A stretch of 64,000 nt of DNA from the human T2T-CHM13v2.0 reference genome, Homo sapiens. The stretch lies in NCBI RefSeq assembly GCF_009914755.1, contig NC_060933.1; one strand, given 5' to 3'. Positions 1 to 13,785 of the stretch are shown piece after piece; position 1 is the first letter of the stretch, and the number at the start of each line of letters is the position of its first letter. Below the pieces are notes generated by a model. It was not told the DNA's origin and made no database searches. It was given only the letters and a program-made list of their open reading frames with translations. The position numbers and the translations under genes are program-made.

Positions 1-715
1 CACAGACATCCTAGAAGGTAGGAACCATGATTCTCTCCATTTAAAGATGTGGAAACTAAGACTCAGGGGAGGTCAAGCAACCTACCCAAGGACACAGTAA
101 AGAAACTGCAGAGCTTGGACTTGATCTAGTTACCTAATGCTGCTGGGAAGTTGGTTTCAAGGTAGAAAAACAGAAACAAATTAACAAAAATTCAGTTTCC
201 ATTTTTTTTGTAGAAGAATCACTGATTAGCATAGGTATGACCCCCATGCGTAGAGATTAATGGGAGAATGAGGAAATGGGTGGCCCCCTGTTTTGGGGGA
301 GGCAGTGACACACCATCTTGTCGAAATGCAGACACGTCACCACTGGCAGACAGACACAGTGGAAGAAGATGAGTGTTCACAAAAAGCTGTAGACACAAGC
401 TTGACCTCTTTGGCTGCCAGCTCCATGTACACCTGTAAGATACAGATATCCCTGTCATAAGGCAAATTTGATGTAGGCCAACTCTCAAAGGCCTTTCTCA
501 TCAGTTGGACAAATGTGCAGAGAGACGGCAAAATTTACTACTCCCCCTCCCACCCGACTGTGACCACTGCACGGTCCCACATGATGGCTCCATTTCTATA
601 GAAGCTTCCTTCAAGGGCCGCCCTTTCCAAGCTTCTACAGGAAACCCTTTACGGTCCCCACCAAGCACACTGTGTTGCTCAACTGGAAAATTCAGTTTTC
701 AAACAAAATGTTTCA

Positions 716-1042
<327 letters not shown>

Positions 1043-2675
1043 TCAGAGGACAGTGTCTACAAGTTTTAAGTTTCTTTTCATCTCCTGTCACCCTACAAGT
1101 AGCTCTTTCTTCATCAACTAATGGACTGATACAAGAGCCTTTCTGCATCTACAGCCATTTCTCCAACACTAAAGGACACTTTAGGATAGAAAGGGGGGCG
1201 GCAAAAGGATGTGGGTGAAACCTTGATGGATGGATGCTGAACCTTAACTTCAGACATAAGTTCTCCAAATGAAAAGTAAGTCAGAGCTAAAAGGGCCAAC
1301 GGTGCCTTATTCACAGCACATGCCTGCAGGCCCTGTCCCTTGAGGGCCAAGGAGTGGCTATGGGAGGGTATGTCTCAGTCTCAGCCAGCATGGTTAGAAC
1401 TGGAGGTGATGCTAAGGTATAAAAATAACCACACTTTACACCTTTTGACTTTGGTTGTAAGATCTTGCTTTTTATACTGACACTGCTAGTAGCTGGTAAG
1501 TGAAGTTGATGTGGCATACTTTCAAACTATATTGTTTTAGCTTGAATGGTCTATAATAAACTTTTATAGAGCATAACATGTTAATCACTATAAAATTTGT
1601 TGTATTTTAAGAAGGGTCTAAACATTTTATTAATAAAATGCCTTGTTTACAAATCACTCCTGCCATCAACCTCATTTTACAGATCAGGAAACAGGAGTGA
1701 GCTGAACAACGTCACCAGTTACTAAAGGGCAGCAGCAGGGCTGGCACCCAGGCCACCCACCGGGCCCCAGAGCCCAGGCTTTCACCCCATTCATCGCAGC
1801 TGCTCCTGGCTTGATGCAATGACAGGCATGTCCATGCTTCAGAAACTGTGAAGGGCTAAAATAAACATAAGGTATTTCTCTGACTTTCACTGTATCCTTT
1901 CTTTGCCCTTTTCATAACTGCCTCAAAATAATCAGGATAATTTACCTTCTGTTTGTATCCCCAAACTAGTTTTAAAAAAGAAAAAAACAAGCCTTAATAT
2001 GCATGCTCCTTCAGCAAGCCGAGCTGTGAGTGGAATGCATAAGCCCAACACAGACATTGCAGCAGCCATGTGCTCTGGAGACACAGGAGTTAGTAGTCAT
2101 CTCCCACCAACCTGCAGAAAAGTGGGCCTGGAATCCTACCTATGCTCCTACCTCCTCTCAAAAATACGCCCAATTAAAGCTATCATATTGTCTTCAAAGA
2201 TAATTAAGCTACTCATCTAACTGAAAGTGTTTTGTTAGTTTGTTTTCTTCTGATGGACTTGCTAGATGTTGGAAATACAATGGGGAACATGCCCAACTGG
2301 CCCCAGGCCCTGTCCAGGTAATCAGTACCTACAGTCCAGCATGAATCAGGCCATGATGTGGGCAACACGGGAGCGGGCAGGTGGCCTGCAGAAGCACATA
2401 GGAGGGCTGCCTCACCCCAACTTGGGGAGTTAGAAAAGACTCTCAAGTAACAAATATAGAAAAATGAAAAAGTATTCGCCATGCATAAAGTGAGGTGGGC
2501 CCATCTGAACATGGCAACAGCTCAGGCAGTAGCAAGGGCCAGCAGGTTGAGTATGGTGGCTCAAGGTGACTAAGTACCAGAGCTGGGGTGCAATGGGAGC
2601 CAGACCTGGACCACATAACGAGCTACATTATGGAGACTGTCTTCATCCTGAGCACGAGAAGGAGTCATCAATACA

Positions 2676-2979
2676 TTTTTTTTTTTTTTTAAACAGACAG
2701 GGTCTCATTCTGTCACTCAGGCTGGAGTACAGTGGGGTGATCACAGCTCACTATAGCCTCAAACTCCTGGGCTCAAGTGATCCTCCCACCTCAGCCTCCT
2801 GAGTAGCTGGGACTTAGGATTATCACATACCACCACACTTGGCAGATATTTTCATTTTTTTGTAGAGACGGAGTCTCACTATGTTGCCGAGATTGGTCTT
2901 GAACTCCTGGGCTCAAGCTATCCTTAGCATCAGCTTCCCAAAGGGCTGGGATTACAGGTGTGAGCCACTGCACCCAGCC
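2676..2979 (-). mobile_element. AluJ
   Basis: PolyT then reverse Alu; tcaatacatttt repeated on both flanks. Confidence 0.93.
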
Positions 2980-5900
2980 ATCAATACATTTTCAGCAAGA
3001 CAGTTACGTAATCAAACTTGCATTCTGAAAGGTCACTCTGACTATGTGGGAAAAGGACCAGATGTAAGACAGGGCTCAGTGAGGAAGCTGTTGCAAGTGT
3101 CCTAGTGACAAAAGATGGCCTGAAACAGGGTGGGAGTATTTGCTCATTCAGTTAGCAGCAAACTCATTAGTATCATCTGAGGAGATGGGAGATGCAGTCA
3201 CTAGGAAGTGCCTTCCAGAGCACGCCAGGCTGCAGACAGTGACAATGTTCCCATCTGGGTTGCTTATGGGAGGCCTATAATAGGCCTTTTCCATTTTGCA
3301 ACTCATAAGAATAAAGCAGTTCCCCCAGAAACCCCCTCAGCTAGCCAAGAGCTCTGAAACCTTCCTTGAAAGCAGTACGTACCCATCACTACGTGACTGA
3401 GAAGGACAACACTTCACTATCTGGAGGAAGTCTCAACAGGAAAAGCAACATTCCCCACAAGACATCTCACTAGGAAATTACCACGTTCTGGCTTTATGAG
3501 CTGAGGTCCCCAAGTACAACGTTTTGGCCGAGGATTCCAACCAACTGCCAGCAGGATAATGTGGTTATGCTGTCTGAGCTACTGTGAAAATGCATTAAAA
3601 TCTCAATGTTTGAGCTCATCCAAGCAATTAAAATTAACACGGACTGTTCTGTTTTAGACTGGGAAAAACAAGGGATAGGGGAATGTTGGCCTCCATAATC
3701 CTCTGCTAGTTTCTTAAACACTTTAAAGGCATTTGGAGCTGGCATGGATGCTATCCAAACTGAGTGTGAAGGGAATCTAGTTAGGCAGGAACACCTCCAC
3801 CGCTCAAGTGTTCAGGGGCAGGGGGAATGGCAGATGGGAGCCTGGGGTAATGAGCAAAAAACTTAGACCTACTGGGCACCTACTATGTGCCAGCCCGAGC
3901 TAGGTGCATTCACCACCCGGAAAAAGGAGTATCTTCAAACCCATTTGGCAGGTGAAGTGGAAGAAACTTGGAGAGGATCTAAAGCACACAGAAACTATCA
4001 TGGAGACACCGGAAGGAAAACGCACTTCCGCCTTGTTGCTAAACAAAGCTCTTCAATGGTCACTTCATCATTTTCTCCTCACTAAGACATCAAGAATTCA
4101 GTCTATCTTGAAACTCAGGTGATTCCAATTCTCATCACAAACAACATGGATGATGTAGTAGTTTGAATCAATGCATTCAATTCTGGGAAACATGCAGAAT
4201 ACCAAGTGTGACTTTAAATGGCAAGGTAGATAAATCTTGCTATGATTGGATGACTGGATGAAGAGCAGGTGGGTGATCGGACACACCAAGAGAATACAGA
4301 GCATCCGGGAACCCAGCATACCCGGAGGAGGTGCTGAAGTCAGGGAATAAGGCCGGTCTCATGCACGGGCAAAATCGGCCTTCGGGGATCTAGAGGAGAT
4401 GTAAACAGACCCAGTCCGAGATAAAAGGAATAACAAATATGTAGCTTCTTTGCTACAGAGTCACCAATACATATCTCAAAGAACATGTAGAAAGTTATCT
4501 CATGATAGAAACAGACCAACTGAGTCACGTCTGAGGTCGATGGAACCCTAAAGCTGATTGAGTGGTTGCCTTTCCTCCATGGGCCACAAATGTAAGATAT
4601 ATAGTGTTCTCTTCCAATCAATGAGAATCCCTTAAAGAGAGCACAGCCTTAGGCTAGAAAAGGATAAGGGAAACTGGTGCCATGCCAAAGGCAAATAAGC
4701 CAGAAAACGGTATATCGCTAACAATACATTTGCACTAAGTGTGGAGCAGAATTAAAATGCACCATACTATAAAAACTGGGTGATATTTAAGACACCAGGA
4801 TAGCAAGACAAAATTTCCTTCATGTTCAGACACTGCTTTGGATAAGTTACATTTGCCAATTTAAGTCACCCGGCACTCTGTCATGGTCCTTTCTGACAGG
4901 AAGGACTGGTAAGCTGAGGCATTTAAGGCCACTGGTTAAGGAAAAAATAAAACTAGAAAAGACAAGCAGTAGGGCCAGAAATTCTTACTAAAACTAGGTG
5001 CTTTGGGCACTTTAGTCCTCTGTCGACCAGGAAGGTAGGGAATTACTGGCTTCGTTCACTGTGTGTAGAACAGCAACTGGAATATAGAGGTGCTCAATAA
5101 ATGCATATAGACTGGATGGACAGGATATTTCCTAGCAAAAAGCACACTACCCAAAAACACAGTTTGGAAATGATTAAGAATTAGCACACTGGTAGCAAGT
5201 GCGACCATTTTCTCACACGTTAATGCATATACACGTTCAAAATCTACAGATTCTCATCCTTCAAAATTTAACACGTATAGCGGCATCAAGAGAGGGCTAA
5301 GACCAGAATGCACCGTGGCGGGAACTACTGATAAGTAATCAGTAATCAGTGAAGCCTACTGACTAAAAATAACAGTGGTCTACCATAACCCTCCAGTGCT
5401 GAAACACACAGACACACGCAAACAGGGAAAGGAGAAGAGCGGCGGGCATCTCAACTTATGAACCCAATGGGTGACCAAGTACGATTCCTGTTTAAAACAA
5501 ACAAAAAGGTGCAGGGGTGGTGCCTGTCTTGACACAGTCATTCTTTTGTGCCCCCTCCCACCCCAGTAAGGGGCTCCTGGGCAGTACCTTTCTCTTTCAT
5601 GAGACACCCCGCAAAGATGCCAGTGAGTTGCTCAGATCCCAACTTACCGTATCTAGAGCTTAACGCACACAAGGGTGCCTGCCACTCCCGAATCTGAGAG
5701 GCCTGCAGCTGCCTTCCTCATAAAGGTCAAGGCAATTCCTCTAAGCTATGTCCATGCCCGGGCTGGGCCCCATATGGCTGTCTGTGGATCACACCTGTCC
5801 CCAGTGATTCCCTTTGGTATGTCTCATGGACGGACCACTGGTCCTGCTGCACTGATGGGTGTCGCCCGGGGGAAAAGGCAGTACCTTAATGGGCCTCAAT

Positions 5901-7755
5901 GGTAGAAGAAACCTCTCTGCTTTTCTGGACATTCTGCTGACATTCCCTTTTATAGCTGCCAAATACTGTTGGTCCCCGTTAGAGGGCTAGCAGCATGGCC
6001 TTGGACAAGTCACTCTCTATCAAATGAGATGTGATGCCCAACCTGGTCACCAAGGTCCCCTAACAGTCAAAGGAAGTACAGTCCCTGGAGTGTGCTTGGA
6101 AACATGGCAGAGGTGGTGCTCAATTACTGCATGCCTGCTCTGTACTCAGTGCCAGGCATGCCAAGACGACTCCAGTCCCCACCCTGGAGAACGGGGCCAG
6201 ACCCATAGAGCAGGCAGCCGCAGTGTGGTCAGCGTGACTGCCCAGAGGCTGTGGGGCAAAGCCGGCTGAGCTAAGCTCTGCTTGGTCTTCATCGAAGAGA
6301 CACTTTATCAGGGCTGGAGGAAAGAATGCATTCGCAAAAGTGCAAGGCATTCCAGGCGGAGGCATGGCGAGCAGCAGGGCACAGCTGACCTCTGCAGGCT
6401 CCTTGCAGCTGACCCAGGGTGCATCTCGCAGAGCAGCCACAGATGAGGCTGGAGGAGACTTCAGAAACAGCCTCCAATTCCCAGGGTTGAAACAAGTTTG
6501 GCAACGTGATAAAAAGACAACAAAGTTCTTGACTTGCCAGCAAGTACTAGATGAGCAAACCGTCCCCAGTGTGATGTGAGGGTCTTAGGGAGTTCCCTTC
6601 ACCTGGAGAAGTCAGCAAGGAAAAGCAGAAGCTGAGCCAAGACCCTGGCCAGGGACTGGCCCCAGCAACAGGCCTCACCAAGCCCAAGAAACTGTGGTGA
6701 GCTGGTGCCTCCCAAAACAAGTAAGTGACTGCGGCAAAGGAAATGCAGAGAGCAAGTTCCAGAAGCCAAAGAAAAGTGCAGTGAGCAGGAGGCAAAACAG
6801 ATGCCCCAGCTCCCCTCCCGCACACAGGCCAGAAGTCCTGAGCCAGCGCAGAGGATCCCTAAGATTAGCACAGAGCATAGTTTGGGAATCTTCTACTGCC
6901 AGAAAGAAAATGAAAAAAATAATAAAAATAAAAATAAAAGCACATAGCAGCCAAAGAACTGGAGAAGAAGCCTCCTGGCACTCACTCCCAGGCCTCCTGC
7001 CTCTCAGTGCTCCTGCACCTGACAACAGCCACAACCAAAATCTGAAAAAGTTAAGGTGATGCAAACAGAGGCAGATTCAGAAGGAAAAGAAACCACAATC
7101 TAAAAATGACCGAGGAAGAGACTCAGAGGCTCCAATTTCACTCCATTCAAATACTGTTTTATTGCACACTTAGAAATCGTTAATACAAATAATTACCATT
7201 TATTAAATGCCACTGTGTGTCCAACGCTGAACTAGAAACTTGATATACAGTTTCCAGTTAGATGCTTAGAACAGCCCTGTGAGATCAGCGCCATGCCCAT
7301 TTCACAGTCCAGCAGGTGTCAGGTAACTGGCCCAAAGTCTCAGGGCTAATACAGGACAAGCCTTCATCTTGCAGGGAAAACAGACAAGTAAAGGCAATCA
7401 TGGGGTAAACACAGGGAGCACCTAATTTGGATGCATCTCAAAGCCTTGCTTCCCAGAGATGTTTAACAACTAAGCTGAGACCTGAATGACTAAGAGTTTT
7501 CCACAGAAAGAAAGGAGGAGGAAGAACAAGTGCAAAGGCCCCAAGACAAAGAGATGATGGCCCCTTGGGGAACGACAATTACTTCTGTAGACTAGAAGTG
7601 GCAAAAAGAAGAAGAGCAGGGAAAGTGGGGAGAGAGGAAGCTGTGCACTAAAGTCTCCATAGACAAAATGCAGGATGTCTGGGCTCCATTTTCACGTATG
7701 GACTCCAGTCCTCGCCCCCCAACCAAAAAAGCAAGCAAGCATGCAACAAATTTAG

Positions 7756-8025
<270 letters not shown>

Positions 8026-10318
8026 CAAAATGTTCGTAATAGTTGAAGCTAGGTCATTATTCTCTCACTTTTGTGCATATTTGAAATTTTCCATAATAAA
8101 AAGTTTTCATAATAAAAAGGGTTTCTTCCCCCCGCAAAAAGGGGGGAGGAAACAAGCTAGAAGAACAAGTGGTGCTAGACCATGACGACAACAACGGGCC
8201 TGTGCTGGGGCTGCTAACGGTCAACAGGTCATGTACAGAGACTCCCCCGGGCCACACACTCGCATGCAGTATTCACATCATCCTCACTGCTACCCTAAGA
8301 GGCAGGACTACTCGTGGCATTTTACAGATGAGGAAACTGAGGCTAGGTAAGCCGGCCAAAGGACTCGGGCTCCCGTGTACTATTACTAGAAAGCCTCCAA
8401 GTGCCAGCGAGGGAGCTGGAATTCATCCTGAGAGAGAGGGAGGAAATCACCGAAGAGTGACAAAATCAGATCTCTACATTTTAAAGATCCCTCGAGAGCT
8501 GCAGAGTGGAAAATAGATTAGAAAGGGTAGACTACAGGCCAGAAACCAGTGGGGAGGCTGCGGCATTGCCCTGAGCAATAATGGAGGCCCGGGGAGAGGC
8601 AGCACCAGTCAAGATGGAGAGGGAAGAGCTGAGAGGCTGTGAAGAGGGGAAATCAATAGTTCTGTCAGAGGGTGTGAGGGACAGGCAGAAGCGACGGATG
8701 ACACCCAGGGATCTGGGTAGGTGGCTGGCTAAGGCATCCCACCACGAGAAGCAGGTTGGTGGTGGGGGTGAGGATTTCAGTTCTGGACTGCTTCAGTCTG
8801 AGAGGCCTGTGAGTCTCCAAGGGCAGCTGTCCAGCTGGGCCCTTTGATACATGGGTCTGGATGTCGAGGGAGGGAGCCAGCCTGGTGATGGAGTTAGATG
8901 TCATTGTGTGTGGCTGGCAAGTGAAGCCACAGAACAGATGAGATGGCCCAGAGAAGGGAGAGAAGCACTAATAACCCAGCGGCCTTCTCCCAAACCAAAC
9001 CACCATGAAGAGAGAAGACAAGAAAACGGGAGGCTTCTGTACATGTAATGATATGCTTCCTTCCCACCACCAATGTGCAATTTTGCATAAGGACAAATGA
9101 CAGAGACAATTTCCTTTCTATTCAACATTCCTGGAAGAGAAGAGGAAATGCCCTTCATAGGCTCTGGTTACAATGTACAGAAGGCTCTGGACAAACCACA
9201 CAAACCTGATCATCCCAGAAAAGGCTGATGGAAGAGAGTCAAGCAGGGTATCAACATGAGTCCCCATGGCCAGTGGCTCCCAGACGGCAAGTTGACACAC
9301 GTCCAGCAGCCTCTGCAGCCTCCCTGGGGCCGGCCAGTGAGGCTTCCAAAGACAGTTCCTGCTCTTTTACAGAAAAGAATGAGGGAGTCACAAACCTGAT
9401 TCCAGGCAACAATAAAGTGACTATTTTCAGAAACCACAACTAATAAGTAGAACATAAAGACATGGAATTGGGCCAAAGCCTTGGGATAGAAACCGTTTAG
9501 AATGATAGGGGCATGGCTTGATTTTCAGTAATATTTACCTGTGGTGTGTCACAAGAGGCGAATGCTGTCTGCAGAACCTTTGCAAGGTAATTTTCCACTA
9601 AAGTCCCTGGGGGCTGCTGCTCCACTCTGGGATATTCTGAGATGCTCTGGAGCATACAAAAAGGCTGTGTGTACTTCAGAAACATTACTGGACTAGAGCT
9701 GAAGAGGTGGAAATACTCTCCATTCCTCGGATTACAATTTTGTTTCCACGACCACAGAAATGCAATGATGACTCCAATGAACCTCTCCAGGGCAGAGCTG
9801 GAAGGGACTGAAGAGATCACCCAGCCCAACCCTTCATCCTACCGATGAGGAAGGTGAAACCCAGTGGGGGAAAGCCACTGGCAGGAGGCCACATAGCAGG
9901 ACAGTGGAAGGCCGAGACTGAACAGTGCTCTCTAGAATGCTCTGTCAGAGTTCTCCTGACTGCACACCGCCAGGCACAGCTTCACCGTTCATATTAAAAT
10001 GAGCAAGAATAAAGGACAGTCGCCGCAAGCACGCCACACTGGGCACCGGCCTAGGTCCCTCAGATGTGCTCAATGCCTTAGTCCCCACGACAGCCCCGGA
10101 AGGTGGAAGCTACTGTTATCCACATTGAACAGAGGAGGAGGCTGAGGCAAAGACACGTTCTGCCACTCGTCCCAAATTAGAAAGCTGGGAAAAGGGGGAT
10201 AAGGATTCAAACCCTATAAAGTCTGACTCCAGAGCCCTGCTGATAACAAGCACCCAGTTTACAACCTGGAGAGAATCCAAAAGTTCTAAATTAGCCTTTG
10301 TGTTCAGATATTGTCCTA

Positions 10319-10621
<303 letters not shown>

Positions 10622-11099
10622 GGCTAAAAATCCCAGACTGGCCCACAAGACTTTTCCCACCAGGTAAGAGGACTATAAAACAGATCTGATTTCCTAGCTC
10701 TTACTGAGTACCAAGATGAGAAGAGTCCCCTTTGGTGTGCACAAAAAATATGCCCTTCTCACCTCCTCTCCATGGTCCTCTCACCACTCCTGTGGTTTGT
10801 CCCCAGGATCCTCGCCCTGCCTTTGCCCCTCGACTCCCACACCCCCCACCAAACCCCCAGTCCCTTACCTCCACCCCCAGGTTCTGTGAGGAAAGAACTG
10901 CCCCCCACACACTAATTCATATTAATGTGTGAATTGCTGTCTCACTGGAAAAGGTGCTGATTATTCAACAGAATCTCCAATGTGAAGAACTTCAGGAGAA
11001 TAGCAAAGTCAGGTGTGGGAGGCCTGGTGAGGGAGCAGAAGCCACTGGAAGATGGGCCACCACTGCCTGGAACCTGTCCTCAGCATCGTCTTAAGACAA

Positions 11100-11325
11100 T
11101 AATAGCAGCCACTGGAGAGTACTGACTCTGTGCTAGCTTAAGTGCTTTACTTGTATCACCTCATTTTGTCCTCATAACACCTTTCTGAGGTGGGTACAAT
11201 TATCATTCCCATCTTAGAGAATACAGCACTGAAGCACAGAGAGGTTAGCCTCACAGCTGTCAGGTAACACAGCATGTGAGCCAGAGTGGTCAGGCTCTGG
11301 AGCCTACGCTCTGAACCACCGAGCA
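11100..11325 (-). mobile_element. MIR fragment
   Basis: MIR core-like cccatcttagag...actgaagcacagagaggttag. Confidence 0.65.
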
Positions 11326-11335
11326 ACACTGCCAC

Positions 11336-12210
11336 TTGATGAACGAGCACACACACGAGAAACAGGCGTCCCATGAATGAGCACACACACATACGTGTAA
11401 CATGCACCCCATAAATGAGCACACACACGAGTAACGCACACCCCATGAACGAGCACACACGCACATGAATAACAGGTGCCTCATAAATGAGCACACACAC
11501 GAGTAACACACACCCCACAAATAAGTCCATACACGTACGAGTAACACTCACTCCATGAGCACACACACATGCGAGTAACACACACCCCATGAACGAGCAC
11601 ACCAAACACACAAGTAACCCGTATCCCATGAACCTGTGCCCCATGAACGAGCACATGCATACAAGTAACCCACACCTCATGAACGAACACACGCATGAGT
11701 AACCCGTGCCCCATGAATGAGCACACGTGTATACGAGTAACACGCGTCCATGAACAAGCACATATGCATACGAGTAACGCACGTCCATGAACGAGCACAC
11801 ATGCATACGAGTAACACACGTCCATGAACGAGCACACATGCATACGAGTAATGCACGCCCCATAAGTGAGTACACACATACACACACCCCATGAACAAGC
11901 ACACACACACACACGCATAACACGCGCCCCATGGATGAGCACACAAGCATATGAGTAACACACACCCCATAAATGAGTACAGAGGCATATGAGTAACATG
12001 CAATCCATGAGTACACAGGCACAGAAGTAACGCACGCCTCATAAATGAGCACACACGTGTATGCGCAACACGCACCCCGTGAACGAGCACACAGGCACTT
12101 GCGTAACACACACCCCATAAATAAGTACACATGCATATGAGTAACACGCACTCCATGAGTACACATGCGTACAAGTAACACACGTTCCATAAATGAGTAC
12201 ACACATGTGT
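11336..12210. repeat. Minisatellite, ~37-bp unit (ACGTCCATGAACGAGCACACATGCATACGAGTAACAC), roughly 22-24 degenerate copies
   Basis: Near-identical units start at 11781 and 11818. CATGAACGAGCAC and GAGTAAC recur throughout. Confidence 0.93.
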
Positions 12211-12229
12211 ACTATCACGATGCCTGGTC

Positions 12230-12460
12230 ATTATAACTACCATTTACTTAGCACTTACTATGTGTGAGTTACCCTAAGACATTTGATGTGCATTATCTCA
12301 ATCTTCGCTTCAACCCTATGATCCAAATACTAGTATTATCCCCATTCTACAGATGAGGAAACTGATACTCAAAAAGATTTTTTTCCCTTGTATCAAGGGT
12401 TGTGAGCTCAAGCATAAGCAGAGCTGGATCAGAACTCAGGTAGTCTTGACTCCAGAACTT
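12230..12460 (-). mobile_element. MIR fragment
   Basis: attatccccattctacagatgaggaaactga core. Confidence 0.75.
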
Positions 12461-13399
12461 ACATCTAAGTTTTTATATTTTTGTTATACCTTCCTTGACT
12501 TCTGAATCCTGCCATGTATCTTGCTGTCCAGGAGACTGGCTGTATTTCATTGTTTTCTCTGGTTGGCTGTTCTTTTCACAATGGCTCCCACGGTATCCAG
12601 GGTTTGCAGGTGGGGAGGGAGGAGGAGGGTGTAGGGTTCAAGGCTAACCAGGGCAGTCTATACTACAGCCAAACTCACTACGCTAGCAAGTTCATTTTGA
12701 GTGATGGGGTGCTACGAAGGTTAGATTTAGGTGAAAGAACACCTTTGCCAATAAAAGGACAATTCAGAAGGGTGCTCAATCCTAAAGTCATGATGATTAA
12801 ATTGTGAGGGGCATTTAAGTGATTTTCTCTCCTATTATATTCTGAAGGAATCTGTATTCCCTGAACATGTAGCAGCTATATGGAGAGAAGAATGAGTCAG
12901 GGGTGGGCCTGGTGGGAAGGAAAACACAAGTAGAAATCGGTTATACGTAACTCACAAAGTAGGATAACCCTAAGAGGCTGGTGGAATTGACTCTCCTCTT
13001 CCCAGACAGTTTTCACACTGCTGCCAAAATGACAGCCGCCACAGAACACCTGACATCAGGTGCAGCAGCTCAAATTAGCCTGACTCAGGCAACTCCAAAA
13101 AACTTCCACCAAGTCCCATTAGAAGGGCACACCAGGTGACAGATGATGTGGATAAAACTGCTACAATCAGCCTTCAAAGAGCTTATCATTGGTTCACCCA
13201 ATGACCTCACCTTGGCCTTCCAAATGACCCCCAGCCCTGGCCTCCATCATAAGGTCTCCAAATTGCCTCCCATCCAAGCACCACAACTGGCTTTCTCAGT
13301 AATGGCTGAAAATGGAAATGCCCTCACTGTACTTCATCAAAAATACAAGCAAGCAAACCACAAAAGGGGTTGTAAATTAAAAATTCAACAGAAAACGCT

Positions 13400-13540
13400 T
13401 CGATTCATTTATTCTTTCATTCTCTCAGTGAATCTTCACTGAATGATTACAGTGTACCAGGCGCCTTGCTAGTTGCTGGGGACTCCCAGCAAGGAACAAG
13501 ATGGACATGGTGCCTCTCCCCTGAGCCTTATAGTTTACCC
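13400..13540 (-). mobile_element. L2 LINE 3' end fragment
   Basis: (TTCA)-like tail followed by L2-type ...gtaccaggcgccttgctagttgctggggact...aacaagatggacatggtgcct. Confidence 0.65.
13408..13413 (-). terminator. Candidate intronic polyadenylation signal AATAAA for the short MED27 isoform
   Basis: tttatt on + strand. It is followed on the minus strand by U/GU-rich sequence (ttttctgttg...tttttgtggtttgcttgcttgt). Confidence 0.55.
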
Positions 13541-13740
13541 TTAATAGAGGACAGAGTCCCTAAAGGAAAGGCTCTGCGTTGCAATGTAAAACGATTCCAA
13601 CCCTGTTAGTTCCATGATGCAAAAACAGAAAAGAGCACCTTCAGAGATAGATGTGAGAGGTGAACTTTGCAGTAACTTAGTCATTAAGCAACTGGATTCT
13701 AATAAGAACAGTTCAGGAGGGCAGGAGGGAGGAAATGTCT

Positions 13741-13785
13741 TCAGACTTTCCAATGGAATATTCTTGGAATAGAAAGTTGCTCTTT
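13741..13785 (-). CDS. MED27: Probable alternative terminal coding exon of MED27 (KEQLSIPRIFHWKV-stop; 130-aa short isoform)
   Basis: Long U-rich tract ending ttttattacag|AAAGAG. Phase 0 matches the exon 2 donor, giving 14 codons then TGA, with AATAAA ~330 nt downstream. Agrees with my unverified recollection of a short annotated MED27 isoform. Confidence 0.7.
   Translation of the reverse strand, partial: KEQLSIPRIFHWKV

Noticed and set aside
5640-5652. Strong donor-like ACG|gtaagt on the MED27 strand
   Set aside because: I could not find a convincing upstream polypyrimidine/AG acceptor, and it does not encode MED27 exon 3 sequence, which lies outside the window.
11336-12210. Repeat array superficially resembling a CRISPR array
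   Set aside because: Contiguous degenerate units with no unique spacers, in a eukaryotic intron with no cas genes.
11156-12243. Long minus-strand ORFs (348, 188, 184 aa) rich in C/V/M
   Set aside because: They are translations of the 37-bp minisatellite, open in several frames at once, with no splice signals or protein-like complexity.
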